64,000 bases of DNA from Dehalococcoidia bacterium (GCA_034421015.1 DAOUKT010000003.1:5152-69151), one strand, 5' to 3'; shown: positions 18,017 through 27,467, numbered from the stretch's first letter. The notes: generated by a model not told the origin, from the sequence alone. Program-made: numbers and translations.

Positions 18017-19258
18017 ATGGACTTTTCGCTGCCCTATACGGAGGAACAGGAGACGTTTCGGAAGGAGGTTCGCGCTTGGCTCGAGGCCAACACTCCCGAA
18101 GAGATGAAGATACCCATAGACGCCAACGACACCACTCAGGAGATGCGGACCTTCTGGGCGGAGAAGCACCTGGAGTTGGGCAGAAAGGGATGGCTGTACC
18201 CCACCTATCCCAAGGAGTACGGCGGCGGCGGGCTTTCCGCCGACCACGAGACCATTCTGGACGAGGAGTTCGCCAGGGCCAGGGCGCCCCGCTCCTATGG
18301 CAACACCTACTCCTTCGGCAGCATCATGGTGTGGGGCACCGAGGAGCAGAAGCAGAAGTTCCTCGTTCCCTTCATGAAGGGTGAGAAGAAGACCCACCAG
18401 AGGCTGACCGAGCCCCAGGGCGGCGCCGACCTGGCAAACGTCCAGGGCAGGGCCGTCCGCGACGGCGACGACTGGCTGCTCACGGGCCAGAACGTCTTCA
18501 TCAGCTGCTGGGGCGACGAAGACTACTACCCCGGCGTGATGATGACCGACCCGGAGGCTCCTCGCCACCGAAACCTCGGTTTCTTCATGGTCCCGAACAA
18601 CGTTCCGGGCCTGGAGATCCGGGCGATGGACCTGCTTCCCTCTTCTGGCCGCAGCCCGGGACCGGGGCAGAAGGCCATCTTCATGGACAACGTGCGAGTG
18701 CCCGCTGACCACATGATCGGCGGAGACCACCAGGGGTGGCAGGTTATGCAGACGCTCCTGGAGGCCGAGCACGGCGGCCGCGGCCGGGCGTTCCCCAGGG
18801 ACGACAACGTGGACAGCTTCGTTAACTACGTCAAGGAGACGGATCACGACGGCGGGAAGCTGGGTTGCGATCCCGTAGTCCAGCAGAACACCATGGACGC
18901 CGTAATCGACGCCCACGTCCAGAACCTGTTCCAGCGGCATACCTACTGGATGTACCAGAACCGCATGGAGATGAGGGGGGAGAACAACTACACCAACGTC
19001 CACAGCCGGGAGTCCGACCTGCGGAATTCCCGAAGGTTCCGGGACGTCATGGGGCTGTACGCCTTCCTCAACACCAAGGAGCCCAACGCTCCTGAGGGCG
19101 GGATGCACGAGGTGAACCAGCGCTCCACGGCGGGCCAGCGCCACGCCGGCGGCAGCACCAACATCGCCAAGGTCATCCTGGCGCGGCGCATCGGCATCAG
19201 CCGCACCCAGGAGAGGGCGGCCCCCACGGCCTCCACGGCGACCAACCTCGGCAGCTAG
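18017..19258 (+). CDS. acyl-CoA dehydrogenase
   Basis: ORF track 17957-19258. The start was moved to ATG 18017, which follows an AAGGAGG RBS. ...LTEPQGGADLANVQGRAVRDGDDWLLTGQNVFIS matches the ACAD middle-domain pattern. Confidence 0.85.
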   Translation: MDFSLPYTEEQETFRKEVRAWLEANTPEEMKIPIDANDTTQEMRTFWAEKHLELGRKGWLYPTYPKEYGGGGLSADHETILDEEFARARAPRSYGNTYSFGSIMVWGTEEQKQKFLVPFMKGEKKTHQRLTEPQGGADLANVQGRAVRDGDDWLLTGQNVFISCWGDEDYYPGVMMTDPEAPRHRNLGFFMVPNNVPGLEIRAMDLLPSSGRSPGPGQKAIFMDNVRVPADHMIGGDHQGWQVMQTLLEAEHGGRGRAFPRDDNVDSFVNYVKETDHDGGKLGCDPVVQQNTMDAVIDAHVQNLFQRHTYWMYQNRMEMRGENNYTNVHSRESDLRNSRRFRDVMGLYAFLNTKEPNAPEGGMHEVNQRSTAGQRHAGGSTNIAKVILARRIGISRTQERAAPTASTATNLGS

Positions 19259-19278
19259 CTCCAAGCTACCGAACGCAG

Positions 19279-19320
19279 AAGAAGGGCAGTACCTGCATGG
19301 TGCTGCCCTTCTTGGTTTGC
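19279..19320 (+). terminator. rho-independent terminator after the acyl-CoA dehydrogenase gene
   Basis: An 11-bp stem AAGAAGGGCAG/CUGCCCUUCUU with a 13-nt loop, followed by GGUUUGC, 20 nt after the stop. Confidence 0.5.
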
Positions 19321-19368
19321 ATGGCGCGCTGTAGAATCGTATGTGATAAAATGGGACTGGAGGGTCTC

Positions 19369-19650
19369 ATGGACGTAAAAGAAGCGGTGAGAACGGCGAA
19401 AGACTACATCTCAGAGTTATTCGATGGCGAGGAAATCACCTTCGTTGGTTTAGAAGAGGTGGTGTTCGACGAAGAGTCGCATAACTGGAAAATCACCATA
19501 GGCTTCTCTCGCCCCTGGAACAATAGAAGCGCCTTTGCTACCCCCGCAGGCGATTGGCGTACTATGCGTTCCTACAAGGTACTCTCCATAAACGGCAATA
19601 GCGGCCGCGTGGAGTCTCTTACAGACCGTGTGTTGAATGATTCCAAGTGA
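19369..19650 (+). CDS. small hypothetical protein (putative partner of the downstream PIN-like gene)
   Basis: ORF track 19297-19650. The start was moved to ATG 19369 after a GGAGGG RBS, because the upstream part overlaps the terminator hairpin. It overlaps the next gene by 14 nt in an AT-richer islet. I recognised no family. Confidence 0.5.
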   Translation: MDVKEAVRTAKDYISELFDGEEITFVGLEEVVFDEESHNWKITIGFSRPWNNRSAFATPAGDWRTMRSYKVLSINGNSGRVESLTDRVLNDSK

Positions 19651-20116
19651 CCCCAAAGCCCGTCAAGGGTACTTCATCGATGCGAATCTTCTTGTGTTGC
19701 TTGTTGTGGGCCGTACAGGGCGAGACCTGATAGCAAAGCATCGAAGATTGCAGGAATACACCGTCGAGGACTTTGACACCCTGGCTAACCTGCTTCGCGC
19801 GGTTGACGAGACTTACGTAACTCCTAACACTCTTACGGAGGCTTCCAATCTGCTTGCTCAACACGCAGAGCCGGAGCGGTCTCTCTTCTTGGAAAACCTC
19901 CGGATCCTTATTGAAGGAAGCAGGGAAAACCTGGTCGAGAGTATGCGGGCATCAAGCAACCAAGCCTTTATTCGCCTTGGACTGACAGACGCGGCACTCC
20001 TTGAAGTCATCTCAGAGGACATCTCGTTGCTTACTGTGGACTTGGATTTGTACTTGGCGGCCTTGGATAGAGGAGTACATAACGCCGTCAACTTCAGGCG
20101 TCTTCGGCAATCCTGA
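19637..20116 (+). CDS. PIN-like domain protein (putative toxin/ribonuclease)
   Basis: ORF track. Acidic residues are spaced as in PIN folds: YFIDANLL, TLTEASNLL, GLTDAALL, LLTVDLDL. Confidence 0.5.
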   Translation: MIPSDPKARQGYFIDANLLVLLVVGRTGRDLIAKHRRLQEYTVEDFDTLANLLRAVDETYVTPNTLTEASNLLAQHAEPERSLFLENLRILIEGSRENLVESMRASSNQAFIRLGLTDAALLEVISEDISLLTVDLDLYLAALDRGVHNAVNFRRLRQS

Positions 20117-20139
20117 CCGGACCGTGGCTCCACTCACCC

Positions 20140-20418
20140 CTACCGGTCCGCGTGGCCCAGGACTTTCTCAGGCGCTATGCGGTCTCGCACAAGCTGCTTG
20201 AGCTCCTTGGGCTGCGGGAAGCGGCCCTCCCCCTTGAGTGACCAGATGGTCTGCCCATTGGCGCGCACCTCGAAGACGCCGCCGCTGCCAGGTATCAGCG
20301 CCACCTCCCCAATCTCCGCCTCGAACGTCGAGAGCAGTTCCTGGGCCGTCCACCCGGCGCGCATCATCCATCGGCACTGGGTGCAGTATTCTATCTCTAC
20401 TCTTGCCTCTGCAGTCAT
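20140..20418 (-). CDS. Rdx family (SelW/SelT/SelH-like) CxxC thioredoxin-fold protein
   Basis: ORF track 20140-20439, with the start probably at ATG 20418. VEIEYCTQCRWMMRAGW is the Rdx-family CxxC signature (Cys form). Confidence 0.65.
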   Translation of the reverse strand: MTAEARVEIEYCTQCRWMMRAGWTAQELLSTFEAEIGEVALIPGSGGVFEVRANGQTIWSLKGEGRFPQPKELKQLVRDRIAPEKVLGHADR

Positions 20419-20487
20419 TTCGTTCTTGCCCCCATCCAACCTTCCCCCGTCAGGCGGGGAAAGGGATTGTAGGTATTCCCTCTGAGG

Positions 20488-22947
20488 CTAGTAAAGCGCC
20501 TTCTCCGCCACCAGCCGCTCTATCTCCTGGTCCGTCAGGCCCAGCAGCCCGCCGAACACCTCTCTGTTGTGCTGCCCCATCTCCGGGCATGGTCCCACCA
20601 CGCGGCTGGGCGTTTCTGACAGCCGGATTGTAGGTCCCGGGTGCTCCAGCACGTCGAAGGCGGGCCGGTGGTCTACGGTCAGGACGTAGTCCCGAGCGCG
20701 GAGATTGAGGTCGTAGTACAGGTCCTCGGCGTTGGACACCACGCCCGAAGGCACGCCGCCTTTCTGCAGCGTGCGCATCGCCTCGTAAGGCGTGCGTTCG
20801 CCGGTCCACTGGCCTATGCGGGCGTTCATCTCGTCCAGGTTGGCGAGCCTACCCTCCAGCGTGGCGAATTTGTCGTCTCTGGCCCAGTCCGGGTCCTCCA
20901 TAGCGGTGACCAGCGACCGCCAGTGCTCGTCCGTGTAGCAGGCGATGGCGCACCACGCGTCGTAGCCCTGGCAGGGGAACACGTCGTGGGGAGCGGCGTT
21001 GGGGTTGCGGTTGCCGGTGGGCTCCCAGATGTGGCCGTTGAGGGAGTAGTCGGCGAAGGCCACGCCCATCGTCGCCACCAGCCCCTCCAGCTGCGCCATC
21101 TCGATCATCTGGCCCTTGCCGGTGCGGTCCCGGTACTCCAGGGCCGAGAGCAGGGCACTGGCGCCGGCGGCCGCGGCGATGAAGTCAGGCAGGGGCACCT
21201 TGGGCCGCGTGCGTCCGTCCGACTCCGGGTGCGCCCACAGATTCATCAGGCCGGTGTAGGCCAGCAGGCTCTGGCCGTAGGAAAGCTGGTCCACGTTGGG
21301 GCCTGAGTTGCCGAAACCGGGCATGCTCAGGTAGATGATGCGGGGGTTGATCTCCTTCATGCGCTCGTAGCCAACGCCCCATCCCTCAAGGACGCCGGAG
21401 CGGAAGTTCTCCACAACGCAGTCGCACTCCTTCAGCAGCTTCTCCGCGAGGGCGATTCCCTCCCTGTCGGCCATGTTGAGGGTGATGGAGCGCTTGCCCC
21501 GCTGGATCTCGGCGAAGTTGAAGCTGAACGCCCCCTGCGCCTGCCCGCGATCGGGGAGCATGTGCGACTCGACCTTGAACACCTCCGCGCCAAGCTCGGC
21601 CAGGTAGCGAGTCATGAACGGCCCGGCCCAGACGCGGCTGAAGTCCAGGATGCGCATTCCCTTTAGAGGCAGGGGCGGCTCGGCGTCATGGGCTGGCGCA
21701 GCCGGCTCGGGAGACTCGCTCTTTCGCGGCGACTCTGACCACTCCTTGATCACGGTCTCGGTGTGCTCGCCCAGGAGCGGCGCGGGGCGGTATAGCCGCC
21801 AGGGGCTTTCCCCCATTCGGAACGGCGCGCCGGGTATCTCGTAATGGCCCGCGGCGGGATGCTCCACGCTGACGAAGTAGTCGCGGACCCGCAGGTGTTC
21901 GTCTTCAAGCAGGTCCTTTATGGTCATCAGAGGCGATGCCGGGATATGGCGACGCTGCGCCTCCCGGTAGAAATCCATCTTGGTGAACTGCTCGGAGAAC
22001 TCCGAGACAAGCGCGGAGAGGACATCGCTGTTCTCCCGGCGGAAGTCCCGGTCCTTCCAGATGTCGTCCTTGAGCGCGTCGTTGTCCATCCACTCGTAGA
22101 GGGCCTCCACGTGGCGCGGGTAGCCGGGCTGCATGTACACGAAGCCGTCCATGCAGGGGTAGGTGTTTGTCGGGGCGAGGTTTGTGGTTGCGCCAACCCG
22201 ACGGTTGATCTGGACGCTGTTGGCGTATCGCCCGAAGTAGGCCAGGATGTTGGCAAGCACCTCCTGGATCGACACCTCGATGCGCTGGCCCCGGCCGGAC
22301 TCGTTTCGATACCGGAGCGCCGTGAGGCTGGCCATAGCCGCGTGCTGGGCCGCAAGCTGGTATCCCTGGGCCAGGGGCGCAAGGACGGGCCTCATGTCCG
22401 GGTCTCCGTAGCCGTACATCAGCCCGCCAAGGGCCTGCACAATCAGCTCGCCGCCCGGATAGCCGCTGTAGGGGCCCCATAGCCCAAAGGGCGAGATGGT
22501 AGTGTAGATAAGGCCGGGGTTGATTTCCTTGAGGGCGTCGTAGCCCAGGCCCAACGAGTCCAGGTCCCAGGACGTCCCGTCCTCCAGCAGGAAGTCGGCG
22601 GCGGCTGCCAGCGACCGGAAGCGTTCCCGGTCGGCGGGTTCATCCAGGTCCAGGACGATGCCGCGCTTGTTGAGGTTATACGTGAGGAAGGTGATGCTGC
22701 GCTCCGGGTCGGGGTTGCCGCCCGCGTAGGGCGCAAGACGCCTACCATCGTCGCCTGCCGGTGGCTCCACCCGGACGACGTCCGCGCCCAGGTCTGCCAT
22801 CAGCCGGCCGCAGTACTGGGACCCGGGCCCCGTGAGGTCCAGGACCCGGAGGTGGGCCAGCGCTCCGCCCACGTCAGCGTCGCATATATCGCAGGCCCTG
22901 GCGTCTACGGGTATGTCCTTTTCGCAGATTGTACAATGCTTGTTCAT
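20488..22947 (-). CDS. tandem double-domain family III (CaiB/BaiF) CoA-transferase with N-terminal Cys4 knuckle
   Basis: ORF track, 819 aa. The N-terminus is MNKHCTICEKDIPVDARACDICD (CxxC-x10-CxxC). Two CoA-transferase halves follow (LRVLDLTGPGSQYCGRLMADLGADVVRVEPP and MRILDFSRVWAGPFMTRYLAELGAEVFKVES), joined by a Pro/Glu/Ser-rich linker. Confidence 0.85.
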   Translation of the reverse strand: MNKHCTICEKDIPVDARACDICDADVGGALAHLRVLDLTGPGSQYCGRLMADLGADVVRVEPPAGDDGRRLAPYAGGNPDPERSITFLTYNLNKRGIVLDLDEPADRERFRSLAAAADFLLEDGTSWDLDSLGLGYDALKEINPGLIYTTISPFGLWGPYSGYPGGELIVQALGGLMYGYGDPDMRPVLAPLAQGYQLAAQHAAMASLTALRYRNESGRGQRIEVSIQEVLANILAYFGRYANSVQINRRVGATTNLAPTNTYPCMDGFVYMQPGYPRHVEALYEWMDNDALKDDIWKDRDFRRENSDVLSALVSEFSEQFTKMDFYREAQRRHIPASPLMTIKDLLEDEHLRVRDYFVSVEHPAAGHYEIPGAPFRMGESPWRLYRPAPLLGEHTETVIKEWSESPRKSESPEPAAPAHDAEPPLPLKGMRILDFSRVWAGPFMTRYLAELGAEVFKVESHMLPDRGQAQGAFSFNFAEIQRGKRSITLNMADREGIALAEKLLKECDCVVENFRSGVLEGWGVGYERMKEINPRIIYLSMPGFGNSGPNVDQLSYGQSLLAYTGLMNLWAHPESDGRTRPKVPLPDFIAAAAGASALLSALEYRDRTGKGQMIEMAQLEGLVATMGVAFADYSLNGHIWEPTGNRNPNAAPHDVFPCQGYDAWCAIACYTDEHWRSLVTAMEDPDWARDDKFATLEGRLANLDEMNARIGQWTGERTPYEAMRTLQKGGVPSGVVSNAEDLYYDLNLRARDYVLTVDHRPAFDVLEHPGPTIRLSETPSRVVGPCPEMGQHNREVFGGLLGLTDQEIERLVAEKALY

Positions 22948-23000
22948 AGGTCACAGGCCCTCTTCATCAAGGCTATGGTCAGGGTTAATGGAAGCTGCCG

Positions 23001-23777
23001 TCACTCCTGCAAAGACGACAGGAACCCGTACAGGCGGCTGTTGAAGGTCTCAGGCTCCTCCCTGTGAACCTCGTGGCCGACGCCCGGGAACAGGTCCAGC
23101 GCAGACCCCTGGATGGAGTCTCGGACCATAAGGGCGTGCTCGACTCCGCCCCACTCGTCCTCTTCTCCCTGGACTATCAGGGTTGGGCAGCGGATCATAT
23201 CCAGCCGGTTGCCAACGAGGTTGGCCTCGGTCTCGTAGATGCGCTCTGCACTGGCTACGTAGTCGTCCACCAGCCGCTCCCAGTAGGGCGAGCCGTGGCT
23301 GCGAGCCAGGGCGCGCTGAAGGCCGTCCGGGAGGCTGTCGGCTGGGGCCAGCTTGCGCGTCACCTCCATCGCCTTCTCGTCCAGGACCGCCTGCGCGCCA
23401 ATGAGCGTCAGGGACCGAAGGTGATCGGGATAGTCCCCGGCGAGTATCATCGATACCACAGCGCCATCGCTGAACCCGCACAGGTTTACGGGAGGCAACT
23501 CCAGGTTCCGTATCAGGGCCGCAATGTCCTCCGCGTCCTTCTCGTAGAAGTTCTCGAAGGAGGGCCGCCGATCCGAGGCGCCGTAGCCCAGGAAGTCCGG
23601 GACTATCACCTGGTAGTCGGCGGCGAACTCGTTGATCTGGTGCCGGAAGTGGGCGCGGCCGGTCCCCAGCGCGCCATGAAGAAACACAAGCGGCGGGCCA
23701 TCGCCCTGCACAATGCAGTGCAGACGGCCGTGCTTGGCCATCACGTCTATCTCTCTTGGCTCTTGACCTGAAGTCAA
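23001..23777 (-). CDS. alpha/beta hydrolase
   Basis: ORF track. Contains PLVFLHGALGTG and the nucleophile elbow GFSDG. The start is uncertain (23777 or 23741). Confidence 0.8.
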   Translation of the reverse strand: MTSGQEPREIDVMAKHGRLHCIVQGDGPPLVFLHGALGTGRAHFRHQINEFAADYQVIVPDFLGYGASDRRPSFENFYEKDAEDIAALIRNLELPPVNLCGFSDGAVVSMILAGDYPDHLRSLTLIGAQAVLDEKAMEVTRKLAPADSLPDGLQRALARSHGSPYWERLVDDYVASAERIYETEANLVGNRLDMIRCPTLIVQGEEDEWGGVEHALMVRDSIQGSALDLFPGVGHEVHREEPETFNSRLYGFLSSLQE

Positions 23778-23824
23778 TTGACACCTCCACGTCTGGGTGT
23801 CCCGGGAATCGCGGCGTAGTTGGC

Positions 23825-24220
23825 CTAGCCGCCCTCCCGGGGGTCCGGAACGTTTACCACCAGGAACTCCGTGGAGTTTCTGGCTACTATCAGCTCCGCC
23901 TGTTCCGTCTCGCTGAGGTTCTCCTCCACGTGGATGGTCTCAGGCGGCACGTACAGGAAGTCACCCGCCTCCGCTATGAGCGACTTTTGCAGCTTCTCGC
24001 CGAAGAGGAACTTCAGCCTGCCCTTGACCACGTAGATGCCGGACTCGGCGGTGCCGTGGTGATGCGCTCCGCCCGCGCCCGGCGGCGCAGAAACGAAGCC
24101 GATCCACAGTCCCTTGCTGCCGCACTGCTCCTCGGCCACGCCGGCCTGTCGCACCATGCCCGGCGTTTGCGCAGTGTTGAGGCCCCGTTGATCGGGCTTG
24201 ACCAGCACTATGTCTTCCAT
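23825..24220 (-). CDS. cupin domain protein
   Basis: ORF track. Contains GGAHHHGTAESGIYVVKG...GDFLYVPPETIHVE, the two cupin motifs. Confidence 0.7.
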   Translation of the reverse strand: MEDIVLVKPDQRGLNTAQTPGMVRQAGVAEEQCGSKGLWIGFVSAPPGAGGAHHHGTAESGIYVVKGRLKFLFGEKLQKSLIAEAGDFLYVPPETIHVEENLSETEQAELIVARNSTEFLVVNVPDPREGG

Positions 24221-24374
24221 TGTCCTCCTTACCCGTTCTCGTCATTCCCGCCTCCAAGCGGGAATCTAGTGGTTGTACTTCACCGCCGACAGGCGCCTTA
24301 GATTCCTGCTTTCGCAGGAATGACGGATGGGCGCTGGTTTCCGTTTCGTGCCTTTCGTGTCTGTTTTCGCTCTC

Positions 24375-25085
24375 TTAGTCCAGTTTGAAGTAGCGGAAGG
24401 CCTCGGCGTACTTCATGCCCTGGGCCTTGCCGTTCTCCTCCCGCCACATGCGCATATACCGCTCGGCGTCCTCCGGCGTTACCTGGCTCTCGTGCCTCTT
24501 GAGCGCCTCAATTGCTGTGTCAATGGAGTCCGTGACGTCGATCCACCTGGTGGCGTTCTCGCTCCGGTCGATCACGAGCACTTCTCGCACCTTGTGAGGC
24601 TCCAGACCCTCCGCCAGCAGCTCAGGGAAAGTGAGCCTGTCCCGCGCCGCCGGAAAGACCGCCGACAGCGCGGCTTCACCCGCCGCAAAGTGGTCCGGGT
24701 GTCCTATGTACTGCACGCTGTCCAGCGTGCGAAAGGGGCCGGTTGTTATGAGTATCTCCGGCTTGAACTTCCGAATCTGCCGGACGATGTCCCGCCGCAG
24801 CTCAAGCGTCGGTTGGAGCATTGCGTCCTCGTAGCCAAGGAAGACGACCTCTTTCAGTCCAAGCACCTCGCCCGCTGCTATCTGCTCGTCCCGGCGGATT
24901 TGGGCCAGGCGCTCGGAGGTCATCTCCGGGTCGTCGCTGCCCTTGCTGCCGTCGGTGCACACGACGTAGACCACCTCCATGCCCTGCTTGCACCAGAGGG
25001 CAACCGTGCCTGAGCACGACCAATCGGCGTCGTCGGCATGGGCGAAGACCACCATGCCCCTTTCCGGCGTCTTATCCTCGGTCAT
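24375..25085 (-). CDS. PIG-L/LmbE family deacetylase
   Basis: ORF track. Contains MVVFAHADDADWSCSG and ...HPDH. Confidence 0.8.
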   Translation of the reverse strand: MTEDKTPERGMVVFAHADDADWSCSGTVALWCKQGMEVVYVVCTDGSKGSDDPEMTSERLAQIRRDEQIAAGEVLGLKEVVFLGYEDAMLQPTLELRRDIVRQIRKFKPEILITTGPFRTLDSVQYIGHPDHFAAGEAALSAVFPAARDRLTFPELLAEGLEPHKVREVLVIDRSENATRWIDVTDSIDTAIEALKRHESQVTPEDAERYMRMWREENGKAQGMKYAEAFRYFKLD

Positions 25086-25285
25086 AGGCTATGCACCTCC
25101 GCAGCCTCACGCAGGAGGCGGTTTCTGCTGGGGCCCGTAATCGACTTGCCTGAGTCGGCCCTATATCTAAAGGCTTGAGCAGGATGTATGATGGAGACGG
25201 CAGCCTTCAGGAAGGGGCGCGAGCAAAGGTACGCTGGTCGATCTGACCCTTGGAAATAATACATTGAAAACACAGAGCAGGCAAC

Positions 25286-26554
25286 TTGAGCGCTGAGAGC
25301 CGCGGCCAGGACGCGCCGCCCACCTCAGAGGCCCGGAACCAGCCCTCCAGCCAGCGCCAGCCCCGGTACTCCTGGGTTGTCATGGGGCAGCTGTGGGGCA
25401 TGGACCTGATGAACGTCATAGTGTTCGCGTCCATCGGGGTGTTGCTGCCATACTGGCAGGAGGACCTGGGTGTTACTCCCCTTCAGGCGGGCATTCTGGG
25501 AGCGGCGGGGTTTCTCGGATTCGGGGTCATGGCGCTCCCGGCGAGCATCTGGCTCACCCGGTACAATCCCCGCCTGGTGACCCTGGTCGCCGCCCTCCTC
25601 ATGGCCGCCACGGCCCTGGGACAGGCCCTGGCCCCCTCAGTCCTGGTCCTCATAGTAACCCGGTTCTTCTTTGTGCTCGTTTCAGTGTGCCGCATCCAGA
25701 TGCAGGTAATCTTCATCCAGCAGTGGTTCCAGCCCAGGCTGTACGCTATGATAAACAGCTTGGACTTCACCAACCGGTCCCTGGGCCAGACCATTGGCCT
25801 CGCCGCGATGCCGCCGCTGATAGGCCTGCTGGGAAGCTGGCGCAACTCCTATATCGGCGTAGCCATTATGCTGGCTGTGCTCTCCGTCGTCTGGGTAATC
25901 TTCGGCAGGGAGCGGCGGCGCACTCAGCAGGAGGGTGGCCCCCCGCCCCAGGTGGGCAACCCGGCAGGCGTCCTCCGGCGTCACAAGGTGCTGTGGGTTG
26001 TGGCGGGTTGCCAGATAGGGGCGGCCGTGTGCTTCGCCTCCTTCCTCACCTTCTACCCCTCCTACGCCATCGACTCCATGGGAATCTCCAGGACTGTCGC
26101 CGGCTTCACAATGGGTCTGTTCTCCATGGGAGCGATGGTCGGGTCGCTGGCGGCCGGCCCTCTTTCGCAGATGACGGGGCGCAGAAAACCGTTCATCTGG
26201 GCGCCGGGCCTCATCCTGCCGTTGTGCTACATCGCGCTCCTGCAGGTTGACACCGTCACCTTTGCCATGGCGCTGCTGTTCGTGGCCGGCATCTGCGCTA
26301 TGGCGGTGCCGCCCGTGATAGCCACGGTCCCCCTGGACATGCAGCTGCCTCCCAGGGAGGTGGCGGTGGCGATTGGCCTCACCCGCACCCTGTTCCCCTT
26401 CAGCGCGACCATAGGGCCATTGGTCGTTGGGGCGATTGCAGGCGTGACCGGCTCCCTGTTCATTGGCCTGCTGGTTGTCTCGCCGATGGCCATTACGCTG
26501 TTCATTGGGGGCAAGCTCATGCCGGAGACCGGGCCAAAGGGGAATCGGGAGTAA
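25286..26554 (+). CDS. MFS transporter
   Basis: ORF track (TTG start, uncertain). Multiple hydrophobic helices. Confidence 0.75.
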   Translation: MSAESRGQDAPPTSEARNQPSSQRQPRYSWVVMGQLWGMDLMNVIVFASIGVLLPYWQEDLGVTPLQAGILGAAGFLGFGVMALPASIWLTRYNPRLVTLVAALLMAATALGQALAPSVLVLIVTRFFFVLVSVCRIQMQVIFIQQWFQPRLYAMINSLDFTNRSLGQTIGLAAMPPLIGLLGSWRNSYIGVAIMLAVLSVVWVIFGRERRRTQQEGGPPPQVGNPAGVLRRHKVLWVVAGCQIGAAVCFASFLTFYPSYAIDSMGISRTVAGFTMGLFSMGAMVGSLAAGPLSQMTGRRKPFIWAPGLILPLCYIALLQVDTVTFAMALLFVAGICAMAVPPVIATVPLDMQLPPREVAVAIGLTRTLFPFSATIGPLVVGAIAGVTGSLFIGLLVVSPMAITLFIGGKLMPETGPKGNRE

Positions 26555-26818
26555 CGGCCCAATCTCGGACTTGCCGTTGCTGTGCCACCAAATCCCTCTA
26601 AGGTAGGGAGGTGGACACAGCCTCTAATAGGTTTTGCCCTTTGAGTGTGGTTTCGGTAGAATTGAGTCGTAACCTCGGCCAGTAAAGTAAGATTCGCTGG
26701 TAGGTGCGAGCCCCGCCGTGGAACATTGGACGGGTTTCGGAGCGATTGTAAAAATCCGTTGACAACCCGCGCCCGGGGTGTAAGGATTAAAGTGGCAATC
26801 CCGCGCTGGAGGGTTAAG

Positions 26819-27181
26819 GTGGTTAGCGGACAGCCATATCGGGAGCAGAGTCGAGTGTTCTTGGAACAGGCGAGCATTGAGCTTGCAAATGGAGACTTGT
26901 ATCAAGCATCCGAAAAGGGTTGGGGTGCGGCTGCTCAGATAGTCAAAGCTGTGGCGAGTCAGCGTGGCTGGGAACACAATATCCATTCAGATCTCTTTAG
27001 CGTCGTGGACCGGCTAGTCAAGGAGACCGGCAATGACGACCTACGAACCGAATTCGGCCTTGCGAATCAGTTGCATAAGAATTTCTACGAGGGGACGCGT
27101 CTCTATGACACCATCCTCCACCATCTTTTTCATACAGCTAGGTTTGTAGACCTAGTAGAGGACTTGCTGAAGAAGGAATGA
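26819..27181 (+). CDS. PaREP1-like HEPN-superfamily protein, copy 1
   Basis: ORF track 26726-27181. The start was moved to GTG 26819 after a GGAGGG RBS. It shares QASEKGWGAAAQ(I/M)VKAVA..RGW.HN.H (Rx6H) ...LHKNFYE with 54465-54824. Confidence 0.55.
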   Translation: MVSGQPYREQSRVFLEQASIELANGDLYQASEKGWGAAAQIVKAVASQRGWEHNIHSDLFSVVDRLVKETGNDDLRTEFGLANQLHKNFYEGTRLYDTILHHLFHTARFVDLVEDLLKKE

Positions 27182-27185
27182 GAAG

Positions 27186-27467
27186 ATGCAGTTTGTAAGA
27201 GACAGCAAAATCTACGACACAGAGAAATCGAAACATATACACAGCGCTCCGACGTCTACGCCCTTAGTCGGTATCCCCGCCACCCGCACAAATAGCCTTT
27301 ACCGAAGCGCTAAGGGGCAGTATTTTAGTGTTGTCATAGATACCTTTAGCCAGCAGGCGGTGGAGTTTATATTGCTGACTACCGAAGGGGTGACGGCATG
27401 GCTTGAAGAATTCAACGCTCCTCCGGCGGCTTACAAAGAAGTTGGTATCCCACTTGAGGAAGGATGA
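27186..27467 (+). CDS. hypothetical protein (possible partner of the HEPN-like gene)
   Basis: ORF track. It starts 4 nt after the preceding stop in the same AT-richer islet. I recognised no family. Confidence 0.45.
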   Translation: MQFVRDSKIYDTEKSKHIHSAPTSTPLVGIPATRTNSLYRSAKGQYFSVVIDTFSQQAVEFILLTTEGVTAWLEEFNAPPAAYKEVGIPLEEG

